Origin: Patescibacteria group bacterium
GTDB lineage: Bacteria; Patescibacteriota; Minisyncoccia; Minisyncoccales; UBA10102
Direction: 5' to 3'
Assembly (NCBI GenBank): GCA_024239055.1
Contig: JANBVJ010000002.1
Location: forward strand, 67,874-131,873
Length of the DNA stretch: 64,000 nt
Under the pieces are notes generated by a model. It saw nothing but the letters and a program-made list of their open reading frames with translations. It was not told the origin of the DNA and made no database searches. Shown one piece after another: positions 44,976 to 54,255 of the stretch. The stretch's first letter is position 1, and each line of letters opens with the position of its first letter. The position numbers and the translations under genes are program-made.

Positions 44976-46555
44976 TAGAATCCTCTCCTGTAAATTCCTC
45001 TAAACACAAATCCACCAAACGAAACTAATAATATTCCAAGTCCTGCAACTGTTAGGAAATTAGTTGGTGCTCCTGTTGCTTGGAACTGTGGTAACTGTGG
45101 TACTATCTGTACACATACATTTTGTTGTGTAACTGTTCCAGCAGGACATTCAAGTGGCTTTGGTTGACATTGGTTTCCTACAAGTTCTTCTGTTGATAGA
45201 CAGTTAATTGGTAGACACTCACTTCCAATTAGTTCATTTCCTGTTTCACATACAATTAATTCACAATTATTACCAAGCAATCTTTCTCCTATTTGGCATT
45301 GAACTGGTTTACAAATATCACCAATTAGAACCTCACCTGTTTCACAGGTAATTTGTATGCAATTATTTCCCTCAAGAAAGTTTCCTGTCGGACATGAAAT
45401 AGCGTTACAGTCATTACCTTGCAGGAATGTTCCTAACGGACATGTAATCTGTCGGCAAGAACTACCAACCAATTCGTTTCCAACTGGACATACAATTGGA
45501 GTACATTCATTACCACTTAGAGTAAATCCATCCTGACAAATTATTGCATCACAATCATTACCAATTAAGGTTGTTCCAGCAGGACAGATGATTTGTTGGC
45601 AAAGGTTTCCAACTAATTTTTCTCCCACACTGCATTGTATAGGCGTACAAATTGAACCGATTAATTCACTACCAATAGCACATTGAATTGGTGAACAAAT
45701 ATTTCCATTTACTTCTTCGCCTACATCACAAACTAATGCTTCACACTTGAATCCTACCTGATGTTCTCCAACTTCACACTGAATTGGTTCTGCAAATCCA
45801 TTAATGACCCATGAACCTTCTGTTGCCCAAAAAGTGTTACTTGCTTCCCAACAACAACCAGTTCCCTTTGCAAGAGTTGACATTGCAAAAGATAAAGTCA
45901 TTTTGTCATCTCCTTTTAATGCACGTTCAAATGAATCTATTACCACTTGGTTTACTATGAAACTTTTTTCTCCACTTGTAGTACACCAATCTCCATCTTG
46001 TAAAATAAAGTCAGGTGCATTGAATTTCTGGAATAATTGTGTTCTAGTAATAGTTTGAACTGGTTGCTCAATAATACCAATTTTGCAATTTCTGTTTGAT
46101 GGTTCTGTCAGGAATGGAAACCATCTTTGATCTTTAAGTTTGAAAACCATTGAAGTTATTGTCAAGTCATCTGGTAGTTCTGATAAATCCCATTCAGCAT
46201 AACCAGCAGTACATCCACCACTGAATGAACCTGTACCAAATGATGTAGGTGCATTTCCTAATTGTTGCTGAGAAAATGATGATGTTCTAAGTGGGCATGT
46301 ACTTCCAGTTGCTCCATCAGTACCAGTAAATGTTACACCTGATGATTCTGGTCTGCCTAATACAACATTGCCACGAATTTCACCTGTCACTGGATCTTGA
46401 TCAACAGATAAAATTTCAAATCCTGTTAGTTGTGCATCTATTGAAAAACCAAAGTCTCCTACTTCTCCAAGTGCAATTATTCCAAATCCTAATGCCATTC
46501 CAACAATGAGAAAGTTTCTCACTCTCGGATTTGATTTAGTTGCCAAATTAATCAC
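44975..46555 (-). CDS. Surface protein (526 aa) with 14 tandem 16-aa Cys repeats and C-terminal TM anchor
   Basis: GTG start overlapping the upstream TGA (GTGA). N-terminal helix, ~230-aa globular domain, then 14 x C-x2-G-x2-L-x-G-x2-C-x4. C-terminal LTVAGLGILLVSFGGFVF + RGIYRRGF. Confidence 0.9.
   Translation of the reverse strand: MINLATKSNPRVRNFLIVGMALGFGIIALGEVGDFGFSIDAQLTGFEILSVDQDPVTGEIRGNVVLGRPESSGVTFTGTDGATGSTCPLRTSSFSQQQLGNAPTSFGTGSFSGGCTAGYAEWDLSELPDDLTITSMVFKLKDQRWFPFLTEPSNRNCKIGIIEQPVQTITRTQLFQKFNAPDFILQDGDWCTTSGEKSFIVNQVVIDSFERALKGDDKMTLSFAMSTLAKGTGCCWEASNTFWATEGSWVINGFAEPIQCEVGEHQVGFKCEALVCDVGEEVNGNICSPIQCAIGSELIGSICTPIQCSVGEKLVGNLCQQIICPAGTTLIGNDCDAIICQDGFTLSGNECTPIVCPVGNELVGSSCRQITCPLGTFLQGNDCNAISCPTGNFLEGNNCIQITCETGEVLIGDICKPVQCQIGERLLGNNCELIVCETGNELIGSECLPINCLSTEELVGNQCQPKPLECPAGTVTQQNVCVQIVPQLPQFQATGAPTNFLTVAGLGILLVSFGGFVFRGIYRRGF
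45101..45778 (-). repeat. Coding tandem repeat: 14 x 48 bp (16 aa, two Cys each)
   Basis: Residues 260-485 read CEVGEHQVGFKCEALV / CDVGEEVNGNICSPIQ / CAIGSELIGSICTPIQ / CSVGEKLVGNLCQQII ... CPAGTVTQQNVCVQIV. Confidence 0.85.
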
Positions 46556-47745
46556 CTATAGAACTTTTTACCACAGAATGGATCTACAATTTCTGTTACA
46601 TCATCAACTGTTGCCTTTGCAATGAAGCACCATGTTATTTCTTGTCCTGAACATGTACCTGTACCTGAAAGACAATCTACGTTTCCATCAAATGGTAATG
46701 AAGCGAATGGTTGTGTACTGTTTGTTGTAACTAAGAATTCTTCTATATCAGATTTTAATATTTCACCATTAACTCTTTGCCATTGTGATCCTACTGCTAA
46801 AGTTAAGTCACAATTTCTATTGTTACGAATGTCTACATTGATAATATCAAAGCCTTCTGGTGTTTTATCCCATAGGTCACTTGTTCCTGAAACACCAATT
46901 GATGGAAATAGAATTGAAATTGAATCTGCTTTAACTGGTAGTGGACATGGAACAAATGGTATATCTTCTGTTACATCTGCTACAATTTCTATTCCTGATC
47001 CATTTACAATTTGTTCTTCAACCAAAATTGCTTGAGCATTGTTAAATGTTACATTGTAAATTACAACTGGATTTGATAAACCAAAGTCAGGAATTAAAAG
47101 TGGTGAAAGTTGTACTATTTGTGGAATATCAGGTTGTCTAAAAATTACGTTAAGATTTTTTAATACATATCCTATTTTATTTTCTCCATCCTCTATTGCA
47201 ACTTGATCAACCCTTACATCATAAATCTGGATAGTTGCTATTCCATCAACTGTTTGTGTTTGAGTTAATGAAGTCCTAGCAAAAAATCCTACCGGATCAA
47301 CTTGAAGGAAATAAGTTCCACTGATAAGTATTGGTTCAGTAGTATCAGTTTCAAATTCCAAGTCTATTTGGATTCTACCGTTGTCATAAGTTGCATTTGT
47401 TCCTGCTCTAGTTATTTCTAAACCTGTAAACTGTGATAAGAAAGTTGTTTCGCCTCTAGTGACATCTTTGTTTCCTAAATCATCAATCAATGTTACAATT
47501 GGAGTAACAGAAAGTGTTTCTGGTTCAAATGTTGGAATTGGAACTCCAAAATCTGGTGGGAAAGTAGGTATTGTAATTACTACTTCTTCATCTTCTGGTG
47601 TCATTGGATTATTAGGTATAATTACTATCTGTGTCGGTTCTGATAAGAAAACAAGTCCAAATATTAGAAAACCCATAACTAAAATTAATCCAAGTCCTAC
47701 AATTCTTGCCCTTCTAAGCCTTAGAACATTTCTTTGATCTGCCAT
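46552..47745 (-). CDS. N-anchored secreted protein (397 aa), distant member of the paralog family
   Basis: MADQRNVLRLRRARIVGLGLILVMGF anchor, Pro-rich linker, and a segment (GRIQIDLEFETDTTEPILISGTYFLQVD) analogous to the FVE..DF..G module of the neighbours. The Cys-rich C-terminus differs. Confidence 0.85.
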   Translation of the reverse strand: MADQRNVLRLRRARIVGLGLILVMGFLIFGLVFLSEPTQIVIIPNNPMTPEDEEVVITIPTFPPDFGVPIPTFEPETLSVTPIVTLIDDLGNKDVTRGETTFLSQFTGLEITRAGTNATYDNGRIQIDLEFETDTTEPILISGTYFLQVDPVGFFARTSLTQTQTVDGIATIQIYDVRVDQVAIEDGENKIGYVLKNLNVIFRQPDIPQIVQLSPLLIPDFGLSNPVVIYNVTFNNAQAILVEEQIVNGSGIEIVADVTEDIPFVPCPLPVKADSISILFPSIGVSGTSDLWDKTPEGFDIINVDIRNNRNCDLTLAVGSQWQRVNGEILKSDIEEFLVTTNSTQPFASLPFDGNVDCLSGTGTCSGQEITWCFIAKATVDDVTEIVDPFCGKKFYR

Positions 47746-49515
47746 CTATGGACTCACGAATCCTATGTTACTTGTACAACCCGATCTATCACAATTAACA
47801 AAATAGTTCTTTTGTGTTATTGGAACTGACACCTCTAGGAATGAATTTTCTATCTTGAATGTTAGATCTGTGCCTGTTGGAAGATTTGGAATTGTACTGC
47901 AAAACTGTGTGTTTGGAATTATTTGCCCTGTGAATGGATCTGTTGCCTGTATTTTTCCTGCCTCTGGATTTGTGGTCGCAATGGTGAAGCCATTTTGAAT
48001 TATACTAACTACAGGTGGCAAGACCTCTGGTTCGTTTACTGGATCATCACCACTGCTAAGACCACAAGTATTAAAGATCGTTTCACTTTTTGCTACTGAG
48101 ATTGCACGATCTACAGCACTAAAGGCTACAATCTCATCTGTTTTTACATTCAACTCTAATGAATAAACTAGAAAAGGAGTATGATATTCGAATGTTCTTT
48201 GTTGTTCTCCTTCACCTATGTTTACAACAAAGTCATTTAGAAGAAAATTCAATGTATGAAAGGTATTTTCGTCAAAAAACTGCTTGCTTAACTCAAAAAT
48301 AAAATTATTTTGTCCTTCAATTCTTAATGGAAGTTGTTTCATTACTGTGACTCCGTTTCCTGTTACTTTATGAGTGGTTATTGTTTTATCATCTATTCTT
48401 ACTTCTAGAACTCCGTTAGCAACTACTTTTTCATTATCTTCTAGTGTTAATCCTATTAGTGAAACATCGATAAAACCAAGATCTAATATTCTATCTTCAT
48501 CTTCGTTTTGAACTATTGAAAATGATTCTAATGTTTCAATTGCCTGTCTTTTTAAAACTGAGTTTCCACTTAGCATTGCGTTATTGAATTCTAGACTAAT
48601 GTTGAATCTGTCTACATTGGTCACTCTTCCTCCAAATTCTATTTTAATTTCATTAGAATTTTCAACAAAGTCTTTTACGTTTTTAGTAAAATGTTGATTT
48701 AAAGCACAAGGAACAAAGAATGTGTCACCAAAATCACTTTTTATTGTAATTAGAATTTGACTGCTTCTTTGAAGTGCTGGATTACAACTATAATCCAAGT
48801 CAAAAATTAGATCTCCTTCTTTTGTCCAATCAGAAATATCAATTGTTTTTTGAAGTCCATGTATAATTGAATTATTTCCAACATCATCATCATCATTTTT
48901 TTGACCAGTAACAAGAATACACAATCCTGTATTTTTAACGGTACATGACTTTGTGGTGGTAATTACAATTGGTACTGGACAGTTGAAAGAAAATCCTCCT
49001 GATGAACTACAACTTCTTGGTTCATTTACAACATCCCATCCACTGAATTTGTGATAGTTTCTTCCATTGTCTGCAAGTTGTGTTGAAAAGTCTGTATTAA
49101 TGAAAAACCTGCTTGGATCAATATCCTGTTCAGGTGCTACTATTACTTCTCTAGGATCAAGTGGTTGTACTTTGAGAAATGCCCTTTCAATCTGTTCTTC
49201 AAGATTTGAATCAACAAGTCTTATGTTTGCATCTATACCAAATGTTTCTACAGTTATTACTCCAATACTTCTAAGAAACTGATCTATTAATTCCTCAGTT
49301 GTTGGTGGTTCAATCGGAATTGGATCTTCTGTTCCATCATCAGGTGGTACAACTGGAATTTCTGCTATTGGTAATACATCAGTGAATCCTAAATCAAGAA
49401 TTCCTACTTGACTTAGAAATGTTCCAATTGTTACTACTGCACCTATGGTAATTACAACTGTTAATGCAACTACTACATTTCTTAATGGATTTTTTTTTGG
49501 TCTACCATTAGCCAA
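47746..49515 (-). CDS. N-anchored secreted protein (589 aa), divergent member of the paralog family
   Basis: The TTG start is the only option (TGA immediately upstream in frame). MANGRPKKNPLRNVVVALTVVITIGAVV anchor, Pro-rich linker. The C-terminal PITQKNYFVNC motif is shared with the 473/483/553-aa proteins. Confidence 0.9.
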   Translation of the reverse strand: MANGRPKKNPLRNVVVALTVVITIGAVVTIGTFLSQVGILDLGFTDVLPIAEIPVVPPDDGTEDPIPIEPPTTEELIDQFLRSIGVITVETFGIDANIRLVDSNLEEQIERAFLKVQPLDPREVIVAPEQDIDPSRFFINTDFSTQLADNGRNYHKFSGWDVVNEPRSCSSSGGFSFNCPVPIVITTTKSCTVKNTGLCILVTGQKNDDDDVGNNSIIHGLQKTIDISDWTKEGDLIFDLDYSCNPALQRSSQILITIKSDFGDTFFVPCALNQHFTKNVKDFVENSNEIKIEFGGRVTNVDRFNISLEFNNAMLSGNSVLKRQAIETLESFSIVQNEDEDRILDLGFIDVSLIGLTLEDNEKVVANGVLEVRIDDKTITTHKVTGNGVTVMKQLPLRIEGQNNFIFELSKQFFDENTFHTLNFLLNDFVVNIGEGEQQRTFEYHTPFLVYSLELNVKTDEIVAFSAVDRAISVAKSETIFNTCGLSSGDDPVNEPEVLPPVVSIIQNGFTIATTNPEAGKIQATDPFTGQIIPNTQFCSTIPNLPTGTDLTFKIENSFLEVSVPITQKNYFVNCDRSGCTSNIGFVSP

Positions 49516-49524
49516 TCATACCAC

Positions 49525-52488
49525 CTAAACGCTAATTCCTCCACCACTTCTTCTCCTAACTACAACTGTAACAACTGCTATTGCTATTGTTCCAACAGCA
49601 ACTACAATTATTAGAGTTCCTAATGGAATTCCACCTATCTGTGCTGGTGGTGCAGTTCCACTACCAAACAATGATGCAAAGCATTGTAGTAAATTAAATG
49701 AAGCATCTAACTTACAAAAGTCTCTTTCACACTGCATTGTTTCCTTGTTGAGTGTTTCTCCATCTTTACACTGTGTACCTTCTGGTGGAGGTGGTGGTGG
49801 TATAGTTATCTTTTCACATTCGTTTTGACTGTTTCTTCTCTCATCATCTGGACACATATCATCAGGATTTACTTTTACACAAACATCAAACTTGTCTCTG
49901 AACTCATCTTCATTTGGACATGTATTATCTGGTGGTGTTGGTGGTATTATTGGTGGATCTAGATTTGGATCTTTAATGCAAACTATTTTGAAGTCTCCAC
50001 AATGATCTTTCTCAGTGGTTGATATATCATGAACTTCATCTGCAAGACAAATTGGAACCTCTTCATTTGCTTGACATACTGTTGTTACACAATCTTCTAA
50101 ATTATATGGTGAAAAGTCTGGTGGACTTGTACCAGATGGACATATTGGATCATCAGGTGGAATACAAATTCCAAGAATCAATGTATTTGGTGGAACCTGA
50201 CAATCTGGTTTGTCTGGTGGGTCTGGTGCTTGGCATTGCCCATTTTCATCTAACATTGATGGTGATAAACAAGGTGCATCTGTTGGATCTACGAATTCGA
50301 AGTTTTGAACATAGGTCATTGGTTGAAAGTCCCGAAAGAATGCTACTGAGTTATCTGTTCCTCTTATCTTTCCCCAAATCAAATACATTAGTGAAAGTTC
50401 ATCACCTTCACTCAACCCTATTCCTTTGGCTTTTACTTTGTTAAGTAATGATGACTCTTTTATAATTACTTCTAGAATTTGATATTCGCCTCTTGTTTCT
50501 CTATCAATAAATCTTTTTAGTGTTGCACTTTCGTCAGGAGTTAATGACACTGCTGGAATTCCACTGTTTGCAATGACGTAATTTGTTATAGCACAAGTAC
50601 CTATATTTGATGAAGTTGAACCTGTGCATCCAATAGTTGGTTTTGATGGGAAAGGATTATTCTTTGCAAGGAAAATTTCTTGCCTAAATGTAACATCTTG
50701 AATTGTAATTTCTTTTACTCTGTCACCAAAGTCTAAAGTTGGTGTTAATTGAATTGAACCTAACTTAAAACCTTCACATGTCACTCCAAATAATTGAAAT
50801 CCTATTATTGGCAATCCTTCTTGTGGAACTTGACCTTTCTGATTTGGACAAGTACCAATACCTTCTATATCAGTAAAAAAATTCTCATAACTAATGAAAC
50901 TTACTGGTGATGTCCCTGTTGGTGGTACAATTCCAGTACCTTCTTCTGGATCAATACCTCTTCTGTCAAATTCTGCTTGTACAATTATCCATGAATTTGT
51001 TTCACATTGATCTAATGTTCCTGCATCGGCTTTTGGTTTCAAAACATTATACACTGATTGTATTTCTTGAAGAGTTGCATCACGAAACTCAATTTGTAAA
51101 TCTATTACTGATTTACATACTGGTTTATCTATACAAATTGTTCCTGTTACATCTGGAATTTTACCACTAGGACAAGTTATGGTTGGTGGATCAACACATG
51201 CTGTGTTACTTGAATTAGGAATTTTAGGAGAAATACAAGTTATTGTTGTTGGTGGATCAACACATGCTGTTCCACTTGAATTAGGAACTAGGGGAAGTGT
51301 ACAATTTAGTGTTGTTGGTACTGTATTTCTTGCATCATTTACTGCAAATGTTTTGGTATCAGTCAATGTACCTTGACCACTTACAGTCATTTTCATTTTT
51401 GCAAACCAAATTCCATCGAATGTGCTAATGTTAGAATCTCTAAAAGTAATTCGTGAAACTTCAAACGTTCCTGTATTAAATGATGTTTTTGTTGATCCAA
51501 TACTTCCTAATCGTTGCATAACAACATTTCCTTCACTTATTTGCCCTGTAGGGTCAAAAATATCTACTCTAGGAAGTGGATCTCCACTTTTGTAATTTTC
51601 TACATTTCCTATTACTCTAATGTTTATTTTTTCTCCACTTGATATTTGATTTGTCTTTACTGTTGTTGGAGTAAGTGATCCAATGTAATCGAACTCACTT
51701 GGAGTAATACTTGAAATATTTGGAATCCTTTGTGTTGAAGGTGGTGGAGGTACAGATTCATTAAGTATTTTTACAGATGCACCTGTTGAAATCATTATTT
51801 TTCCGGTATTAGTTAGTGAACCAGTTGCAGATGTTCTAAAAACAAGAGTAAGATCCGTATGTACTGTTACTGGAACAAATTTTGATGAAAGAGTACCCAA
51901 TCCTCCTACTGCACTTTCAATTTGTGAGGCAGTAACAGAATCTTTTGGAATTGAAACTATAAGTGTCGTTGCTGATGGTTTTGCTAGAATTCCTTTACTT
52001 GTTGTCTTGATTGTTTTAATATTGTTGTTAGCATCAATTGTTTGCCACGTATATTTAACAGTACCAGTAACTACTTCTGCTGTTCCAAAGAGTGGAATAC
52101 AAACTGTTGCAGTTGAAACTTCAATTTTACTTATTGGTACTGTACTATCTATTGGAACCACACTAAAGAATGTTGTAACTGGTAATGCTTTTATTGCACT
52201 TCTTGAAAATACTACAGTTTGTCCTGATGTAGATGTTAATCTTGTTAACGTTGATGAAGCACAATCTATGTTTGTATTTGGTGCTGTTAATGCAAACCTA
52301 ACTAACTCGTCACCAAAAGTCCAACCACTGTAAGCATCTTGTACATTTTGTGTATCAAATTCAATTCCTAAAGAACTAAGATCAAGTACACCAGCAGACA
52401 GGGCAACTACTATTCCAATTCCAACAATTGCAACGATGGCTACAAACGCAAGTTTTGAAACTCCACCTTTTCTTCTTCTTCTTGCCAT
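49525..52488 (-). CDS. Surface protein (987 aa), N- and C-terminally anchored, Ig-like domains plus Cys/Pro-rich stalks
   Basis: MARRRRKGG + TM. Beta-rich domains. Tandem CxxPxxPNSSxTACVDPPT repeats. Long C/P/D-rich region. C-terminal LGTLIIVVAVGTIAIAVVTVVV + RRRSGG. Confidence 0.9.
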   Translation of the reverse strand: MARRRRKGGVSKLAFVAIVAIVGIGIVVALSAGVLDLSSLGIEFDTQNVQDAYSGWTFGDELVRFALTAPNTNIDCASSTLTRLTSTSGQTVVFSRSAIKALPVTTFFSVVPIDSTVPISKIEVSTATVCIPLFGTAEVVTGTVKYTWQTIDANNNIKTIKTTSKGILAKPSATTLIVSIPKDSVTASQIESAVGGLGTLSSKFVPVTVHTDLTLVFRTSATGSLTNTGKIMISTGASVKILNESVPPPPSTQRIPNISSITPSEFDYIGSLTPTTVKTNQISSGEKINIRVIGNVENYKSGDPLPRVDIFDPTGQISEGNVVMQRLGSIGSTKTSFNTGTFEVSRITFRDSNISTFDGIWFAKMKMTVSGQGTLTDTKTFAVNDARNTVPTTLNCTLPLVPNSSGTACVDPPTTITCISPKIPNSSNTACVDPPTITCPSGKIPDVTGTICIDKPVCKSVIDLQIEFRDATLQEIQSVYNVLKPKADAGTLDQCETNSWIIVQAEFDRRGIDPEEGTGIVPPTGTSPVSFISYENFFTDIEGIGTCPNQKGQVPQEGLPIIGFQLFGVTCEGFKLGSIQLTPTLDFGDRVKEITIQDVTFRQEIFLAKNNPFPSKPTIGCTGSTSSNIGTCAITNYVIANSGIPAVSLTPDESATLKRFIDRETRGEYQILEVIIKESSLLNKVKAKGIGLSEGDELSLMYLIWGKIRGTDNSVAFFRDFQPMTYVQNFEFVDPTDAPCLSPSMLDENGQCQAPDPPDKPDCQVPPNTLILGICIPPDDPICPSGTSPPDFSPYNLEDCVTTVCQANEEVPICLADEVHDISTTEKDHCGDFKIVCIKDPNLDPPIIPPTPPDNTCPNEDEFRDKFDVCVKVNPDDMCPDDERRNSQNECEKITIPPPPPPEGTQCKDGETLNKETMQCERDFCKLDASFNLLQCFASLFGSGTAPPAQIGGIPLGTLIIVVAVGTIAIAVVTVVVRRRSGGGISV
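51120..51315 (-). repeat. Coding tandem repeat (~63-66 bp, about 3 copies) in the 987-aa gene
   Basis: gttggtggatcaacacatgctgt occurs at 51182 and 51248. It encodes CTLPLVPNSSGTACVDPPTTIT / CISPKIPNSSNTACVDPPTIT / CPSGKIPDVTGTICIDKPV. Confidence 0.7.
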
Positions 52489-52490
52489 GT

Positions 52491-54209
52491 TTATCCCTGC
52501 AAGAAAACTCCTGATCTTTGTCTGTTAATTCCTTTTGCTATCAATGCTAGAATTATTATGAAAACAATGAAACCTAATCCAACCCATAAGAAGTTAAGTC
52601 CTGTAAACAAGAAAAGTAGAATTGGTGGTACACAAATCTCTCCTGCTTCTGGATCTGCATCTCTTCCTTCTGCTTCACAGTCAAGGAACGTTGGGAATAA
52701 TCCCAAGCCATTACCATTTCCACCACCATTTCTGTCACAAGTGAAACCATCTACTGTTTTAGTTGCTGGTTTACCATCTGATCTACAAATTGGTGTATCA
52801 ACTGTTGTAGTACCACCTGTACATTGTAATATTGGACACATATCAGCAATTGGTACTGTTCTAAACACTTTAGATTCTGGTGGACATGAATAGCATGGTT
52901 TTGTAGTTGGATCTTCACCATTAGTTGGTGGTGGTGTAGGATCATCATCTTTTACACAGATTTGTAATCTTGTATCAAACTTTTCACCACTTCCACATGC
53001 AGGTGTATTCCTTGTTACTTCAAATGTTGATGTTGCTGATGGTCTGTTACTTGCATTAGTTTTTGCTGTTACATGGTAAGTTCCCAATGGAATATCTTCA
53101 CTTAATTTTAATGTGCAAAGGTAGAAACTATCTACTCCACTTGTTCTTTGGAATGTTGAAGTTGTTTGAGCAATTGGTATATCACCTACTATTGCTCCAC
53201 TTCTGTCTCTGCCTCCCTTAAAGACAGTACAAATTGGGTTTATTTCATTTGAACCTAAATCGTTTAGCCTAACTGTTACCTTTAATAATTTTATTCTGTC
53301 TCTTCCAGATGTATCAAATACACTTGGATCGATGTTTGTTATTGCTAATGTAGGATCACCACCTACTGTAGTTGGTGGTGGTGTAACCGGAATTACGATT
53401 GATAATGAATTGTGAACTAATTCGTCACTTATTGCATGTGTAGTTCTAAATGTCTCTCCTGCTTGCTGACTTAGGAATGGAATTTCAATCAACAAATTTC
53501 CAGTAAGTCGGAATTCAACTCTTGTGCTTATTGTTGAAGAAGGATCTAATTTATTTTCAATAGATGATGCCTGAGTTACAAGTGGCTTTCCTATTACTCT
53601 TTCACTTCCTATGAAAATTCCTTTTACATTGTTTAATGAATCAAAGTCATCTGGTCTATCATTGTATATCACTGGTGATGAAAGTCCGTTAAATCTTGAT
53701 TCTATAAGTACCCTATTTCCACCTTGATCAAAAGAATAGACATTCAACTTCAAATTTTGGGTTGTTATCTTATATTCTAATCTTGTACCATCTAATGCCT
53801 CTATTACATCACATCCTACTCTTGGTTCACTTGTCATTGTTTCTACTGTACTCCCTGACCTTGTTTGTACTGAAAACGGATTAAGTATCGGACTTATTCT
53901 TTGGAACTGTGTGTTTAAATCGAATTCTGGTTGACCTGATATTTTAACAAGTGTATTCATTTTTAGATTACAATTGTAATTAAACCCACCACCAGATTGA
54001 GGTTTAATGTGATCTGCAAGTATTACACTTGCACCAGTAATATCCAAAGCCGGAAACACAGAATCAATCTCTAAAAAATCAAAGTCCTCAAATGGGTTTG
54101 CTAGGAACAGACTTTCTCCTGAACTTCCAATTACAAAGAAGAACATTATGAAAATTAGTGCACCAATAATCGCTACGCTAGCCTTTGTTGGTTTTCTTCT
54201 TCTTGCCAC
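52491..54209 (-). CDS. Surface protein (572 aa), N- and C-terminally anchored; first gene of the block
   Basis: GTG start (MARRRKPTKASVAIIGALIFIMFFFVIG). Beta-rich domains, Cys/Pro-rich stalk, C-terminal FLWVGLGFIVFIIILALIA + KGINRQRSG. Preceded by palindromic motif copy 5. Confidence 0.9.
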   Translation of the reverse strand: MARRRKPTKASVAIIGALIFIMFFFVIGSSGESLFLANPFEDFDFLEIDSVFPALDITGASVILADHIKPQSGGGFNYNCNLKMNTLVKISGQPEFDLNTQFQRISPILNPFSVQTRSGSTVETMTSEPRVGCDVIEALDGTRLEYKITTQNLKLNVYSFDQGGNRVLIESRFNGLSSPVIYNDRPDDFDSLNNVKGIFIGSERVIGKPLVTQASSIENKLDPSSTISTRVEFRLTGNLLIEIPFLSQQAGETFRTTHAISDELVHNSLSIVIPVTPPPTTVGGDPTLAITNIDPSVFDTSGRDRIKLLKVTVRLNDLGSNEINPICTVFKGGRDRSGAIVGDIPIAQTTSTFQRTSGVDSFYLCTLKLSEDIPLGTYHVTAKTNASNRPSATSTFEVTRNTPACGSGEKFDTRLQICVKDDDPTPPPTNGEDPTTKPCYSCPPESKVFRTVPIADMCPILQCTGGTTTVDTPICRSDGKPATKTVDGFTCDRNGGGNGNGLGLFPTFLDCEAEGRDADPEAGEICVPPILLFLFTGLNFLWVGLGFIVFIIILALIAKGINRQRSGVFLQG

Positions 54210-54255
54210 AAATTAAAATGTAAAAAATTTCTTAATTTACGCCTGTTGTATCAAC

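Noticed and set aside
40428-54209. Type IV pilin-like (class III) signal peptides, because N-termini such as MAKKG/ISRIVIAV resemble KG-cleavage sites.
   Set aside because: The position and identity of the residue before the hydrophobic stretch is not conserved among the genes. The proteins are far larger than pilins. No prepilin peptidase, PilB/FlaI-type ATPase or PilC/FlaJ platform gene is in the window.
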